Shown here: piece by piece, positions 27,306 through 36,677 of the stretch
Numbering within the stretch: the stretch's first letter is position 1
Layout: every line of letters begins with the position of its first letter
Origin: Vicinamibacteria bacterium
GTDB taxonomy: Bacteria; Acidobacteriota; Vicinamibacteria; Marinacidobacterales; Marinacidobacteraceae
Reading direction: 5' to 3'
DNA length: 64,000 bases
Assembly (NCBI GenBank): GCA_963555995.3
Contig: OY821641.1
Span: 288,001-352,000 of the forward strand
Position numbers and translations under genes: made by a program
Notes under the pieces: model-generated
The model's database searches: none
Seen by the model: only the letters and a program-made list of their open reading frames with translations
What the model was told of the DNA's origin: nothing

Positions 27306-28145
27306 ATGCCTCGCTTCCGCTCCCGTCCGCGCCTCGCCGCCTTGCTGCCGGCCGCCGTTTTCGCGGTCGCCGGGGTGGCGAATGCCCAGGTGCTTCCCGC
27401 CTCCGCCGATACCGCCCGGGACCGGTTGAATTCGTCCCCGCGCCACGGCGAATGGGTCTCGGTGCCCGCGCCGGGCGGGGATGCGGTCGAGTCCTGGATC
27501 GTCTATCCGGAGCGGTCGGATACCGCGCCGGTGGTCGTGGTCATTCACGAGATCTTCGGTCTCACCGACTGGATTCGGGCGGTCGCGGACGAGATGGCTT
27601 CCCAGGGTTTCATCGCGGTCGCCCCCGACCTGTTGACCGGCAAGGGGCCGGACGGGGGACGGACCGATTCGGTGGATGGCGACGGGGCGCGGGCGCTGAT
27701 CCGGGCGCTCGACCGCGATGAGGTGCACACCCGGCTGAAGGCGGTGGCGGACTGGGCCACCGCGCTTCCCGCCGCCCGCGATGCCTACGGGGTGGTCGGC
27801 TTCTGCTGGGGCGGACGCACGAGCTTCACCTTCGCCACCGCCGATGCCGAACTCGGCGCGGCGGTCGTCTACTACGGGACGTCGCCTGAGAACGAGACGC
27901 TCGCCGCCGTCGAGGCGCCGGTGCTCGGCCTCTACGGCGAGGACGACGCGCGGGTGAACGAGACGATCCCGCCGGCGCAGAACCGGATGGAGGAGCTCGG
28001 CAAGTCCTTCCAGGTGGAGATCTTCGCCGGGGCGGGACACGGGTTCCTGCGCGCCCAGGAAGGCCGCGAGGGGCGCAACCTGACGGCGTCCTCGCAGGCG
28101 TGGCCGCTCACGGTCCGCTTCTTCCGGGAACATCTCGGTTCCTGA
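27306..28145 (+). CDS. Dienelactone hydrolase family protein, exported
   Basis: HEIFGL, GFCWGG nucleophile motif, GAGHGF; signal peptide. Confidence 0.9.
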   Translation: MPRFRSRPRLAALLPAAVFAVAGVANAQVLPASADTARDRLNSSPRHGEWVSVPAPGGDAVESWIVYPERSDTAPVVVVIHEIFGLTDWIRAVADEMASQGFIAVAPDLLTGKGPDGGRTDSVDGDGARALIRALDRDEVHTRLKAVADWATALPAARDAYGVVGFCWGGRTSFTFATADAELGAAVVYYGTSPENETLAAVEAPVLGLYGEDDARVNETIPPAQNRMEELGKSFQVEIFAGAGHGFLRAQEGREGRNLTASSQAWPLTVRFFREHLGS

Positions 28146-28186
28146 ACGCGGGATTCGCGCTTGCTGTCAAAGAAAAGGAGGTACTC

Positions 28187-28678
28187 ATGTTCCTGACGCG
28201 TCTGCTGTTACCTGCCGCCATGCTCGCCGGGACCGCCGCGCCCGCCTTCGCGCAGGCTGACGGCGATTTCCGCTGGGTCTTCGTCGGCCAGCGGGACTAC
28301 ACCACCGTCGAACACGGCGGTCACTCGTTCACCGCCGGCGGGCTCCACGGCGTCCTGACCGTGCCCTCCGCGGGCCCGGAGAGCCCGTTCACCGAGGATG
28401 CCCTGCTCCACGGGACCTGCGCCACCTCCATCAAGGTCGAGGAGTCCGGGCTCGAAATCGATTCCCATTGCACGCTCCAGGATGCCGACGAGGACGAGGT
28501 GTATCTGGAGGCCCACCGGGATTCGGGCGATGCCGCGGTCGGGGGCGGCGGACTGGGCGCCTTCGTGTTCACCGGAGGCACGGGGAAGTTCGCCGGGATC
28601 ACCGGAATCGAGTGCCCGTACGAGGTCCACTACCTGGAGGACAACGACACGGTCGTCACCGGCCGCTGCCGGCCCTGA
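28187..28678 (+). CDS. Hypothetical secreted beta-rich protein
   Basis: Strong AAGGAGG SD, AFA-Q signal peptide, GGTGKFAGITG motif. Confidence 0.75.
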   Translation: MFLTRLLLPAAMLAGTAAPAFAQADGDFRWVFVGQRDYTTVEHGGHSFTAGGLHGVLTVPSAGPESPFTEDALLHGTCATSIKVEESGLEIDSHCTLQDADEDEVYLEAHRDSGDAAVGGGGLGAFVFTGGTGKFAGITGIECPYEVHYLEDNDTVVTGRCRP

Positions 28679-28705
28679 AGCCGGCGACCCGGTTGCCGAG
28701 CCCGC

Positions 28706-30127
28706 TCAACGGACCAGCGTGAACGCCTTCCGCGTCTCGTACACCTGCTCGCCGTAGAGGACCCGGATTCCGAGTTCGTAGCGCCCCGGCGCGAAGTCGC
28801 GCAATTCGATCTCCGCATTGGCGGCGGCCTGGCGGGTGCTGGTGGGGAGCGCCTCCGGGCGGACGAAACCCGTGTCCCGGCCCTCCCGGCTCAGGGTGTA
28901 CTCCGCCACGATCTCCGGCAGCTCGCCGTCGTCCACCCGCTCCCCCGGATAGAAGAAGTAGAAGGCCCCGAGGGTCTCGTCCTGCCGGAAGACCCCCGTG
29001 GAACGGGGCTCGAAGTGGGTGCGGCCGAACTGGAAGGCGCGGCCCGGAACGGCGCCGGTGTACTCCTGCATCGTGGTGTCGCCGTAGAGGACCACCGACG
29101 AGAAGCCGGGGTCCGCCTCCGGAAAGGCCGGGGTCTCGATTTCCACCTCCGCCGTGCCGTAGGCATCGGACTGCTCGTCCACCACCCCGAGCAGGAGCCG
29201 GTGCGCACCCGGCGGGAGGACGAGCGAGGCTTCGAAGCGCGTCGGTCCTTCGGCGGCCTGGATCGAGGTGTGTGCGGTCTCGAGCCGGTAGGTGGCGGCC
29301 CCGGGGCCTTCCTCTTCGGCCGATGCGGTCTTGGCGAACACGGAAGCGGCCACCTGACCGTCGCTTCCGGGAGCGAGCGCCGCCTCCGGGGTCTCGAACA
29401 GCATCGCCACGTACGTCGCCCGGTCGTCCACCCGGAAGTAGGCCGGGGTCACCCGGAAGGGAAAACCGCCCGCCGGCGGGGCGCCGCCGCCCATCCGCGC
29501 GAGGACCTGCCGGGCGCGTTCGGATCCCCCGGCGGGGAGGTTCGGGATCACCAGTTGGCCCGCCTCGTCGCGCTCGAACCCGATCTCGGGCCGCGCGATG
29601 AGCCGGCGGCGCATCTCTTCGAGATCCTCGTCCACCTCGGTCCGGTTCTCGAGCCAGAGCTGGCCGTCCTCGTCACGCAGGTAGAGGGCTTCGAGGGTGT
29701 CTTCGAGTCCGTTCTCCGGTTCGGGAGGAAAGACCCAGAGCAGCCCTTCAGGGGTTTCTTCGGTCGCGGGCCGGGGCAGCACCTGGACGGGCATTCCGAG
29801 GAGTACGAAGACGCGCGCCCGGTCACCCCCGCCGTAACCGCCGTCCTCGGAGAAGTTCGAATCGGCAAGCCGCACCCGCGCCAGGTAGAGGTCGAGGGTC
29901 TCGTTCCGGGGAGTGGACGGGTCCGGGTCCCGGCGCATCCAGAAGAGGCGCCGGAAGGCCCCCCGGTCGCCGTGAGTCACGGCCTGGATGGACGCGCGCC
30001 GTTCGTCCCCGGTCATCAGGAAGGACTCCAGCCAGCCGAGTTCGGTGACGGTGGGGTGGCTTCTCCCCTGGGCGAGAACAGCCGCCGGGACAGTCAACAG
30101 CAGGACGGCAAGCAGGACAAACGGCAC
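28706..30127 (-). CDS. GWxTD-domain-like exported protein (divergent)
   Basis: FWMRRDPDPSTPRNE...RVRLAD.NF...DRARVFVLLGMP. Confidence 0.75.
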   Translation of the reverse strand: MPFVLLAVLLLTVPAAVLAQGRSHPTVTELGWLESFLMTGDERRASIQAVTHGDRGAFRRLFWMRRDPDPSTPRNETLDLYLARVRLADSNFSEDGGYGGGDRARVFVLLGMPVQVLPRPATEETPEGLLWVFPPEPENGLEDTLEALYLRDEDGQLWLENRTEVDEDLEEMRRRLIARPEIGFERDEAGQLVIPNLPAGGSERARQVLARMGGGAPPAGGFPFRVTPAYFRVDDRATYVAMLFETPEAALAPGSDGQVAASVFAKTASAEEEGPGAATYRLETAHTSIQAAEGPTRFEASLVLPPGAHRLLLGVVDEQSDAYGTAEVEIETPAFPEADPGFSSVVLYGDTTMQEYTGAVPGRAFQFGRTHFEPRSTGVFRQDETLGAFYFFYPGERVDDGELPEIVAEYTLSREGRDTGFVRPEALPTSTRQAAANAEIELRDFAPGRYELGIRVLYGEQVYETRKAFTLVR

Positions 30128-30227
30128 GACGGAAACCTAGCGCGCGACGGGAGCTGGAACCCCGTCGGCGTCGGGCGGGCTGGTCTGCTACCGGCCGGCC
30201 GGAAGCCTCAATCTGCGAAGGCGCGGA

Positions 30228-30680
30228 TCAGTCCGTTGAAGGGTGCGCGGGGCGCTCCTGGAACTCGAAGTCCTCCTGGCAGCACCAGCAGGGTCCCGGG
30301 AGATGCGAGGTGATGTTGCAGGTGAAGCAGAAGTAGTAGGGCTCGATCGTCTCGCCGTCCTGGACCGTGTAGAGGCGGATGATCTTGCCGAGGCCGTCCT
30401 CCTGCCAGAGCGCAACCTGCAACGGATGCCGGTTCACCCGCTCGTCCGTGAGGATCTCGACCCGCAGGTCCGTCGGGTCCAGCCGGTGGATCGTGCCGTC
30501 CGGCGTCTCGATTCCGAACTCCTCCCCGAAGGAGCAGTCCGTCACCGGTCCTGGTTCACCGTCCTTCAGGCAGACCGGGTGGCCGGAAACGATGACCTCG
30601 CGGCCATCCCGACCCGCCCTCGTGACGGCGGGCGCGGCGATCAGGAGAAGCGCCGCCCGGAGCGCATCGCGTCTTCGCAT
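30228..30680 (-). CDS. Hypothetical exported protein with Cys-rich C-terminus
   Basis: MRRRDAL N-terminus plus hydrophobic stretch; YYFCFTC...PGPCWCC. Confidence 0.7.
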   Translation of the reverse strand: MRRRDALRAALLLIAAPAVTRAGRDGREVIVSGHPVCLKDGEPGPVTDCSFGEEFGIETPDGTIHRLDPTDLRVEILTDERVNRHPLQVALWQEDGLGKIIRLYTVQDGETIEPYYFCFTCNITSHLPGPCWCCQEDFEFQERPAHPSTD

Positions 30681-30840
30681 GGGACGGAGGAGATTAGCAG
30701 GGGAACGCCGGTCGTGCCCCCAGTGGACCTTTGGCAGTTCGCGAACGGGCGGCTCACCCGCCCGGCGCCGATGGCGTTCCTGGGCCCAATACGTCGTCCG
30801 GGAGTTCCATAGAATCGGGAAGCGTCTTCCGACGGGAGGA

Positions 30841-32283
30841 ATGACCATGCGGATAAAGGCTCTGCTCTTCGTCCTGCTCTTCGCGGCGGCCCCGGCGGTC
30901 GCCCAGGAGAGCCCCGACTCTCCGGTCCAGGCCGGCATCACCCTGCTGGACACGTGGATCCAGACCCAGATGGAGTTCGGCGGCCTGCCCGGGCTGGTGA
31001 TCGGGATCGTCCACGACCAGGAACCGGTGTGGGTGAAGGCTTACGGCCACGCCTCGCTGGATCCTCCGATTCCCATGAGCGAGGACTCCATCTTCCGGAT
31101 CGCCTCCCACTCGAAGCTGTTCACCGCGATCACGGTGATGCGCGCCCGCGACGCCGGAAAGCTCCGCCTCGACGACCCGGTCACCGAGCACCTGCCGTGG
31201 TTCGACATCCACAACCGGCATCCGGAGGCGCGGCCGGTCACCGTCCGCCACCTGCTGACCCACACCGCGGGGCTGCCGCGCGAGTCCATCCATCCCGCCT
31301 GGACCGACTTCGAGTTCCCGGAGGTGGAGGCCCTGCGGGAGACGGTCTCGGATCAGGAGACCACCTACGCCACGGAGACCAAGTGGAAGTACTCGAACCT
31401 CGGGTTCACGCTCGCCGGCATGGTGGCCGAAGCCGCCGCCGGCGATTCCTTCGCCGACCTCGTGACCGACGGGATCCTGAGACCGCTGGGGATGGACTCC
31501 ACCAGCGTCGGCCAGGTCCCGGCAGACCAGCGGGACCGGCTCGCGACCGGCTACGGCCGCCGGATGCCCGATGGCCCGCGCGAGGTCTTCCCCTTCGTGG
31601 ACGCCCGGTCGTTCGACCCCGCGACCGGCCTTTCCTCGACGGTCCCCGACATGCTCCGTTTCCTCTCCTGGCAGATGCGGGTCCGCGACCGCCGCAGCGA
31701 AGAGGTCCTCGCCAGCAACACCCTGCTGGAGATGCAGCGGGTCCAGTGGCTCCATACCTCGTGGAACAGCGGCTGGGGCCTCGGTTTCTCGGTGCGCCAC
31801 ACCGAAGACCGCGACCTGATCGGCCACGGCGGTGGGTATCCCGGCTACCGCACCCAGACGCAGCTCAGCCCGGAGGAGAAGATCGGCGTCGTCGTCTTCA
31901 CGAACGGCGGTGACGGCGACCCCGGCCGCTACCTCAACAAGGCTTTCGAATGGGTCGGCCCCGCCCTTGCCGCAGCCCGCGCCGAAAAGGAGAAACCCGC
32001 GGTCTGGTCCTCCGACTGGGACATCTACCTCGGGACCTACCGGAGGCGCAGCGGGGACACCGCCGTGCTCCGCCAGGAGAACGACCTGGTGATCCTGTCA
32101 CCCCTTTCCGAGGATCCGAGCGGTTCGAAGGGGGTGCTGAAGCCGACCGACACCCCCCACGTCTTCCGGCTGGAGAGCGACGGCTTCGGTGCCCACGGGG
32201 AACTCGTGCGCTTCGAGGTGAACGACGCGGGCGAGGTCACCCGGATCTTCGTCGGGGTGAACTACTCGCACCGGGTGCGGTAG
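30841..32283 (+). CDS. Serine hydrolase, beta-lactamase/peptidase S12 family
   Basis: FRIASHSK (SxxK), LLTHTAG, YSNLG, HGGG; GGAGG SD. Confidence 0.9.
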   Translation: MTMRIKALLFVLLFAAAPAVAQESPDSPVQAGITLLDTWIQTQMEFGGLPGLVIGIVHDQEPVWVKAYGHASLDPPIPMSEDSIFRIASHSKLFTAITVMRARDAGKLRLDDPVTEHLPWFDIHNRHPEARPVTVRHLLTHTAGLPRESIHPAWTDFEFPEVEALRETVSDQETTYATETKWKYSNLGFTLAGMVAEAAAGDSFADLVTDGILRPLGMDSTSVGQVPADQRDRLATGYGRRMPDGPREVFPFVDARSFDPATGLSSTVPDMLRFLSWQMRVRDRRSEEVLASNTLLEMQRVQWLHTSWNSGWGLGFSVRHTEDRDLIGHGGGYPGYRTQTQLSPEEKIGVVVFTNGGDGDPGRYLNKAFEWVGPALAAARAEKEKPAVWSSDWDIYLGTYRRRSGDTAVLRQENDLVILSPLSEDPSGSKGVLKPTDTPHVFRLESDGFGAHGELVRFEVNDAGEVTRIFVGVNYSHRVR

Positions 32284-32290
32284 GGCAGGG

Positions 32291-32345
32291 GCCGCCAGCT
32301 TGGAACGCCGGTCTCCAGACCGGCACGCGCGGCGCGCCGCGCACG
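32291..32345 (+). repeat. REP-like repeat (family A)
   Basis: GCTTGGAACGCCGGTCTCCAGACCGGCACGCGCGGCGCGCCGCGC. Confidence 0.9.
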
Positions 32346-32484
32346 GCGCGACCTTGACCTGCGGGACCGTTCTTTGCCTCGGCGTTCACCTCCACGGCCG
32401 AGAGTTTGATCCATGCAAATCGAGATAGTGGAAGCGATCAGCCTTCAAGAGATGGCGGCATTGCTCCGGGACTGGTGATTCGTC

Positions 32485-33066
32485 ATGGCTTCAAGACTTG
32501 ACCGGTATTTCCAGCGCACCAGAGAGTGGCCGGAGGAAAAGCGGAAGCTCCGGGCGATCCTGCTGGACTTCCCGCTCACCGAGGAGCTGAAGTGGCGCCA
32601 GCCCTGCTACACGTTTCAGGGAGCGAACGTGGTCATCCTGTCCGGGCTGAAACACACGGTGGACCTCGGTTTCTTCAAGGGCTCCCTGCTGGACAACCCG
32701 CACGGGCTGCTCATTCCGCCGGGGCCGCACTCGCAGGCGTCCCGTCAACTGCGGTTCACGAGCGTCGAGGAGATCGAGGAGAAGGAACCGATCATCCGGG
32801 CCACCATTCAAGACGCCATTGAGGTGGAACGGGCGGGCCTGCGGGTGGACTTCAGGCAGAAGCACGAACTGGAGCTGGTGGCGGAACTCCTCGCGAAGAT
32901 GGAGTCGGACGCCGAATTCAAGGTGGCCTTCGAGGCGCTGACGCCGGGGCGGCAGCGGGGATACAACCTCTTCTTCGGCGCGGCGAAACAGTCGAAGACG
33001 CGTGCCGCGCGGATCGAGAAGCACGCGGCGCGGATTGTGGAGGGGAAGGGCATGCACGACCGGTAG
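32485..33066 (+). CDS. YdeI/OmpD-associated family protein (DUF1801)
   Basis: LTEELKWRQPCY, FFKGSLL, FEALTPGRQRGY, AKQSKTR. Confidence 0.9.
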   Translation: MASRLDRYFQRTREWPEEKRKLRAILLDFPLTEELKWRQPCYTFQGANVVILSGLKHTVDLGFFKGSLLDNPHGLLIPPGPHSQASRQLRFTSVEEIEEKEPIIRATIQDAIEVERAGLRVDFRQKHELELVAELLAKMESDAEFKVAFEALTPGRQRGYNLFFGAAKQSKTRAARIEKHAARIVEGKGMHDR

Positions 33067-33117
33067 TCCGTCGGGTCTGATGCGGCGGTCTCGCACTTTG
33101 CGCGCCGTGAGGCTGGG

Positions 33118-33194
33118 TGGGGTTACGACGTGCGCGGCGCGGAGCGCCGCGCGTGCCGGTCTGGAGACCGGCGTTCCAAACCGGCGGCGCCATC
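33118..33194 (-). repeat. REP-like repeat (family A)
   Basis: Near-perfect reverse complement of the 7145 copy. Confidence 0.9.
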
Positions 33195-33270
33195 CGGGCC
33201 TCAGCGGCTGAGCAGGATCCGCGGTATCGCGGAGGCTCGGAAATCAGGACGCGGCGGTAGGCTGCGGGGA

Positions 33271-33768
33271 ATGTCGTACGAAGCCCTGATCGCTCTCCTC
33301 GACTACCACTACTGGGCCCGGGACCGGTTGCTCGCCGCCGTGGCGCGGATCCCTCCCCTCGACTTCCACCGCGACCTGGGCAACAGCTTCGGTTCCATCC
33401 GTGGCACCCTGGTCCATCTCGTCTCGGCGGAGTGGATCTGGTGCTCGCGCTGGGAGGGGCAGGGGCCGAGCGCGCACCTGGCTCCCGAGGACTTCGGGAC
33501 CGTCCGGGACATCCGGACGCGCTGGGAGGAGGAAGAGCGCCGGATACGAGACTTCGTCCATGGGCTCGGCCCGGACGGAGTCGGCCGCGACCTCGAATAC
33601 ACCCCGCTGGAGGGCGGCTCGACGCGCTCGGTGTTCTGGGCGATGGCGCAGCACGTCGTGAACCACGCCAGCTACCACCGGGGGCAGGTGACGACCATGC
33701 TCCGCCAGCTCGGCGCGGAGCCGCCGCCGAGTCAGGACCTGATCACGTTCTATCGGGACCGGGGCTGA
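33271..33768 (+). CDS. DinB/YfiT family protein
   Basis: YHYWA, SIRGTLVH, HVVNHASYHRGQ. Confidence 0.9.
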   Translation: MSYEALIALLDYHYWARDRLLAAVARIPPLDFHRDLGNSFGSIRGTLVHLVSAEWIWCSRWEGQGPSAHLAPEDFGTVRDIRTRWEEEERRIRDFVHGLGPDGVGRDLEYTPLEGGSTRSVFWAMAQHVVNHASYHRGQVTTMLRQLGAEPPPSQDLITFYRDRG

Positions 33769-33804
33769 AGGGCGTCCCCGCTATCGTTTCGCCGCTTCGG
33801 CACG

Positions 33805-34731
33805 ATGAGAGATTCAAGCGCGGCAGGGATGCGGTGGCGGCGCCGGTTCACGATCCTGACGGCGCTCTCCACCCTCGTGCTCATGGGTTGGGGCGCCTTC
33901 GTGACGAGCATCGAGGCGGGCCTCGCCGTCCCGGACTGGCCGTCGTCCTACGACTCCTACGACCCGTTCAATCCCTGGCCGGGATGGTGGCGGGTCACGC
34001 CGCTGCTGGCCGAGCACGGACACCGCCTGCTCGGGATGCTGGTCGGATTCCTGACCACCGTCCTCGCCGTCTGGACCTGGTTCACCGAATCCCGCCGCTG
34101 GCTCCGCTGGCTCGCGGTCGGGGCCTTGGCCCTCGTGTCGTTCCAGGGGTTGCTGGGCGGGCTGCGAGTGGTGTGGCTGTCGCTCGATCTGGCCGTCGTC
34201 CACGCCGCGACGGCGCAACTCTTCCTCGGGCTGGTCGTGGCGCTGGCGGCCTTCACCTCGAAGTGGTGGCTGACCCTGGATGCCGCGCGGGACGGTCCCC
34301 GCGACCACCGCCTCTGGCGACTCGCACTCGCCGCCCCCGCCGCCGTCTGGCTCCAAGTCCTCCTGGGCGCCCTGCTTCGCCATCCCGGCACCGGGATCCA
34401 TCCGTGGCTCGTTGGCGTTCACATCGCCGGGGCGGTCCTGGTCGCGGCCGTGGTGGCTGCTTTCCTGCTCCGGGTCTGGGACAAGTTTCGGCAGTCGCGG
34501 GTGCTGTACCGGGGGGCCTGGGTCCTCGCCGGCCTCGTGGATGTGCAATTGATCCTTGGCCTGACCGCGTACTTCGTCACCCTCGACGACGCCGGGATGC
34601 TGCAGCCGAGCACCGTGCAGGTAGTGGTGAACACCGGGCACGCCGTGGTCGGAGCGCTGCTGATGACGGGGGCGGTGCTGGCCGCGCTCGCCACGCACCG
34701 CTGGGGCCGGAGACCGGTCCCGGCCGGCTGA
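33805..34731 (+). CDS. ctaA: Heme A synthase (COX15/CtaA family)
   Basis: AGLAVPDWP, EHGHR, QGLLGG, conserved His residues; directly upstream of ctaB. Confidence 0.85.
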   Translation: MRDSSAAGMRWRRRFTILTALSTLVLMGWGAFVTSIEAGLAVPDWPSSYDSYDPFNPWPGWWRVTPLLAEHGHRLLGMLVGFLTTVLAVWTWFTESRRWLRWLAVGALALVSFQGLLGGLRVVWLSLDLAVVHAATAQLFLGLVVALAAFTSKWWLTLDAARDGPRDHRLWRLALAAPAAVWLQVLLGALLRHPGTGIHPWLVGVHIAGAVLVAAVVAAFLLRVWDKFRQSRVLYRGAWVLAGLVDVQLILGLTAYFVTLDDAGMLQPSTVQVVVNTGHAVVGALLMTGAVLAALATHRWGRRPVPAG

Positions 34732-34734
34732 GCC

Positions 34735-35601
34735 GTGAGACCGAATCTCACCCCCTATCTGGAACTCACGAAGCCCGAGATCGCGCTGGTCGTCGCGTTG
34801 TCGTCGGCGGGAGGTTTCGTGCTGGCGCCCGCGGAGTCCTTCGGCTGGAGCCGGCTGTTGTTGCTCCTCCTCGGCGTCACCCTCGCCAGCGGGGGCGCCG
34901 GCGCTCTGAACCACTGGATCGAGCGGGAGGAGGACGCCGGCATGCGCCGCACGCGGGGGCGTCCGCTGCCGTCGGGGCGCCTCGCGCCGGCGGCGGCGCT
35001 CGTCAGCGGGACCGGGCTCGCGGCGGCGGGGACCGCGGTGCTCGCCCTGGCCGTCAACCCGCTGACCGGGGGCCTGACGCTCATGACCGTGCTCCTCTAC
35101 GTCTTCGCCTACACGCCCCTGAAGCGCCGGACCCACTGGAACACCCTCGTGGGCACCGTCCCCGGCGCCCTGCCGGCGCTCTGCGGCTGGACCGCGGCCA
35201 CCGGTTCCGTCGGCTGGGGCGGCATCGCGATGTTCTCGATCCTCGTCGCCTGGCAGATGGCGCACTTCCTGCCGCTCGCCTGGATGTACCGGGAGGACTA
35301 CGGGCAGGGGGGCTTCGTGATGCTCCCGGCGGTGGACCCCGCGGGACGCTCGACGGTGCGGCAGACCCTGTTCTTCGCGGTGCTGCTCGCCGCGCTGAGC
35401 TTGTGGCCCGTCGGGCTGTCGCTGGCGGGATGGATCTACTTCGTCGGCGCCGCCGCGCTCGCGATCTGGTTCATGACGGCGGCGGCCGAGTTCCGCTGGA
35501 GCCGCGGGAAGCCCGACGCGCGCCGGGTGCTGAAGGCGTCCATCGCCTACGTGCCGGCCCTCATCGCGGTGCTGGTGCTGGATCGGGCGATCCTGGGCTG
35601 A
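34735..35601 (+). CDS. ctaB: Protoheme IX farnesyltransferase (heme O synthase)
   Basis: LTKP, D..MRRTRGRPLPSGR, YTPLKR, WQMAHF, YREDY. Confidence 0.92.
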   Translation: MRPNLTPYLELTKPEIALVVALSSAGGFVLAPAESFGWSRLLLLLLGVTLASGGAGALNHWIEREEDAGMRRTRGRPLPSGRLAPAAALVSGTGLAAAGTAVLALAVNPLTGGLTLMTVLLYVFAYTPLKRRTHWNTLVGTVPGALPALCGWTAATGSVGWGGIAMFSILVAWQMAHFLPLAWMYREDYGQGGFVMLPAVDPAGRSTVRQTLFFAVLLAALSLWPVGLSLAGWIYFVGAAALAIWFMTAAAEFRWSRGKPDARRVLKASIAYVPALIAVLVLDRAILG

Positions 35602-35607
35602 GCGGAG

Positions 35608-36342
35608 CTACTTCGCTTCCGCCGTCACCGCGTCCGCCATCTCCCCCAGCGTGAAGAAGACGAAGTCGAGCCGCGGCATGGCGGCGACTTTCGCGGTCGC
35701 GCCCCAGTCCCCGCCCTCCGAGAGCCGCTGGCGATCAATCCAGGCGCTCGCGAGGCCGAAGCGGTTCGCGGGGACGTGGTCGTGGTGGAGGCTCTGCGCG
35801 GTGTGGAGGACGTCCCCCCGCTCCAGCCCGAAGTCCGATTTGAGGTGGTCCATCAGGTACTCGAAGTTGGCGTCCGACGGCTTGTAGGAGCCGATGTCCT
35901 CGGCGGTGTAGAGGGCGTCGAACTCGACGCCGAGCGTGCGGGCGGAGGCGGCGATGCCGTCCCGGTGGACGTTCGAGAGGATCACGAGGCGGAAGTGGCG
36001 CTTCAGGACCCCGAGGGCCGCCGCGCTGTCGGGGAACGCGGGCCAGCGGGGCACCGAGTTCCCGAAATCCGCGTCGAGTTCCCCGTCCGTTCGCAGTCCG
36101 AAGCTGCCCGCCAGGTCTCCGTGCACGCGGGCGAGGAGGTCCGGGTAGGCAAGGTCCGGAGTGGCGCGCTCGTGCTGTCCCTCGAAGCGCGCGAAGGCGC
36201 GGAGGGCCTCGTCGCGCGTGAGCCCGATGGCGCCGTTCGACCGGATGACCGGTTGCAGCGCCTCCCAGATCCCACCCTCCCAGTCAATCAGGGTCCCGTA
36301 ACAGTCGAAGGTCAGGACCCGGTAGTCGGTCAGGCGCGCCAC
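35608..36342 (-). CDS. HAD-superfamily haloacid dehalogenase, type II
   Basis: TFDCYGTLIDWE, ILSNV, GSYKP, HTAQSLHHDH. Confidence 0.9.
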   Translation of the reverse strand: MARLTDYRVLTFDCYGTLIDWEGGIWEALQPVIRSNGAIGLTRDEALRAFARFEGQHERATPDLAYPDLLARVHGDLAGSFGLRTDGELDADFGNSVPRWPAFPDSAAALGVLKRHFRLVILSNVHRDGIAASARTLGVEFDALYTAEDIGSYKPSDANFEYLMDHLKSDFGLERGDVLHTAQSLHHDHVPANRFGLASAWIDRQRLSEGGDWGATAKVAAMPRLDFVFFTLGEMADAVTAEAK

Positions 36343-36677
36343 TTCGTCGTCCTTGATGGTTCCTCCGGGGGCCGGGCGCCCGGCGCCGGACCCTTCGTGT
36401 TGAAGGAACGGCGCTCGCTATGGATTCCCGAACGCCGCCGGTGCAGGGATTGTTCCGTTGGAGGCGGAGGCCGCCGCCGGTCAGGGAACAATCCGGCCCG
36501 AAGACCCGCTCAGGAGACGACTCGCCGCGGCAGCGTGGGATCGAGGTGCATGACGGGGTCGTGGACGGAAGCGCCCGAGGTGCGTCGGGAGAGCTTCATG
36601 CCGCCAACTCTATGGGAGCGAACGGCGGCTCGGGAAACCGAAAGCCCCCTGCACCGGCTCCCTATACTGGGGAGCAG

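Noticed and set aside
30841-32283. Beta-lactam resistance genes (also 40008-41327)
   Set aside because: These are generic SxxK serine hydrolases of the esterase/peptidase type. Nothing supports true beta-lactamase activity.
32413-32478. Small ORF MQIEIVEAISLQEMAALLRDW upstream of the ydeI-like gene
   Set aside because: 21 codons, no clear SD and no recognisable motif; it cannot be supported.
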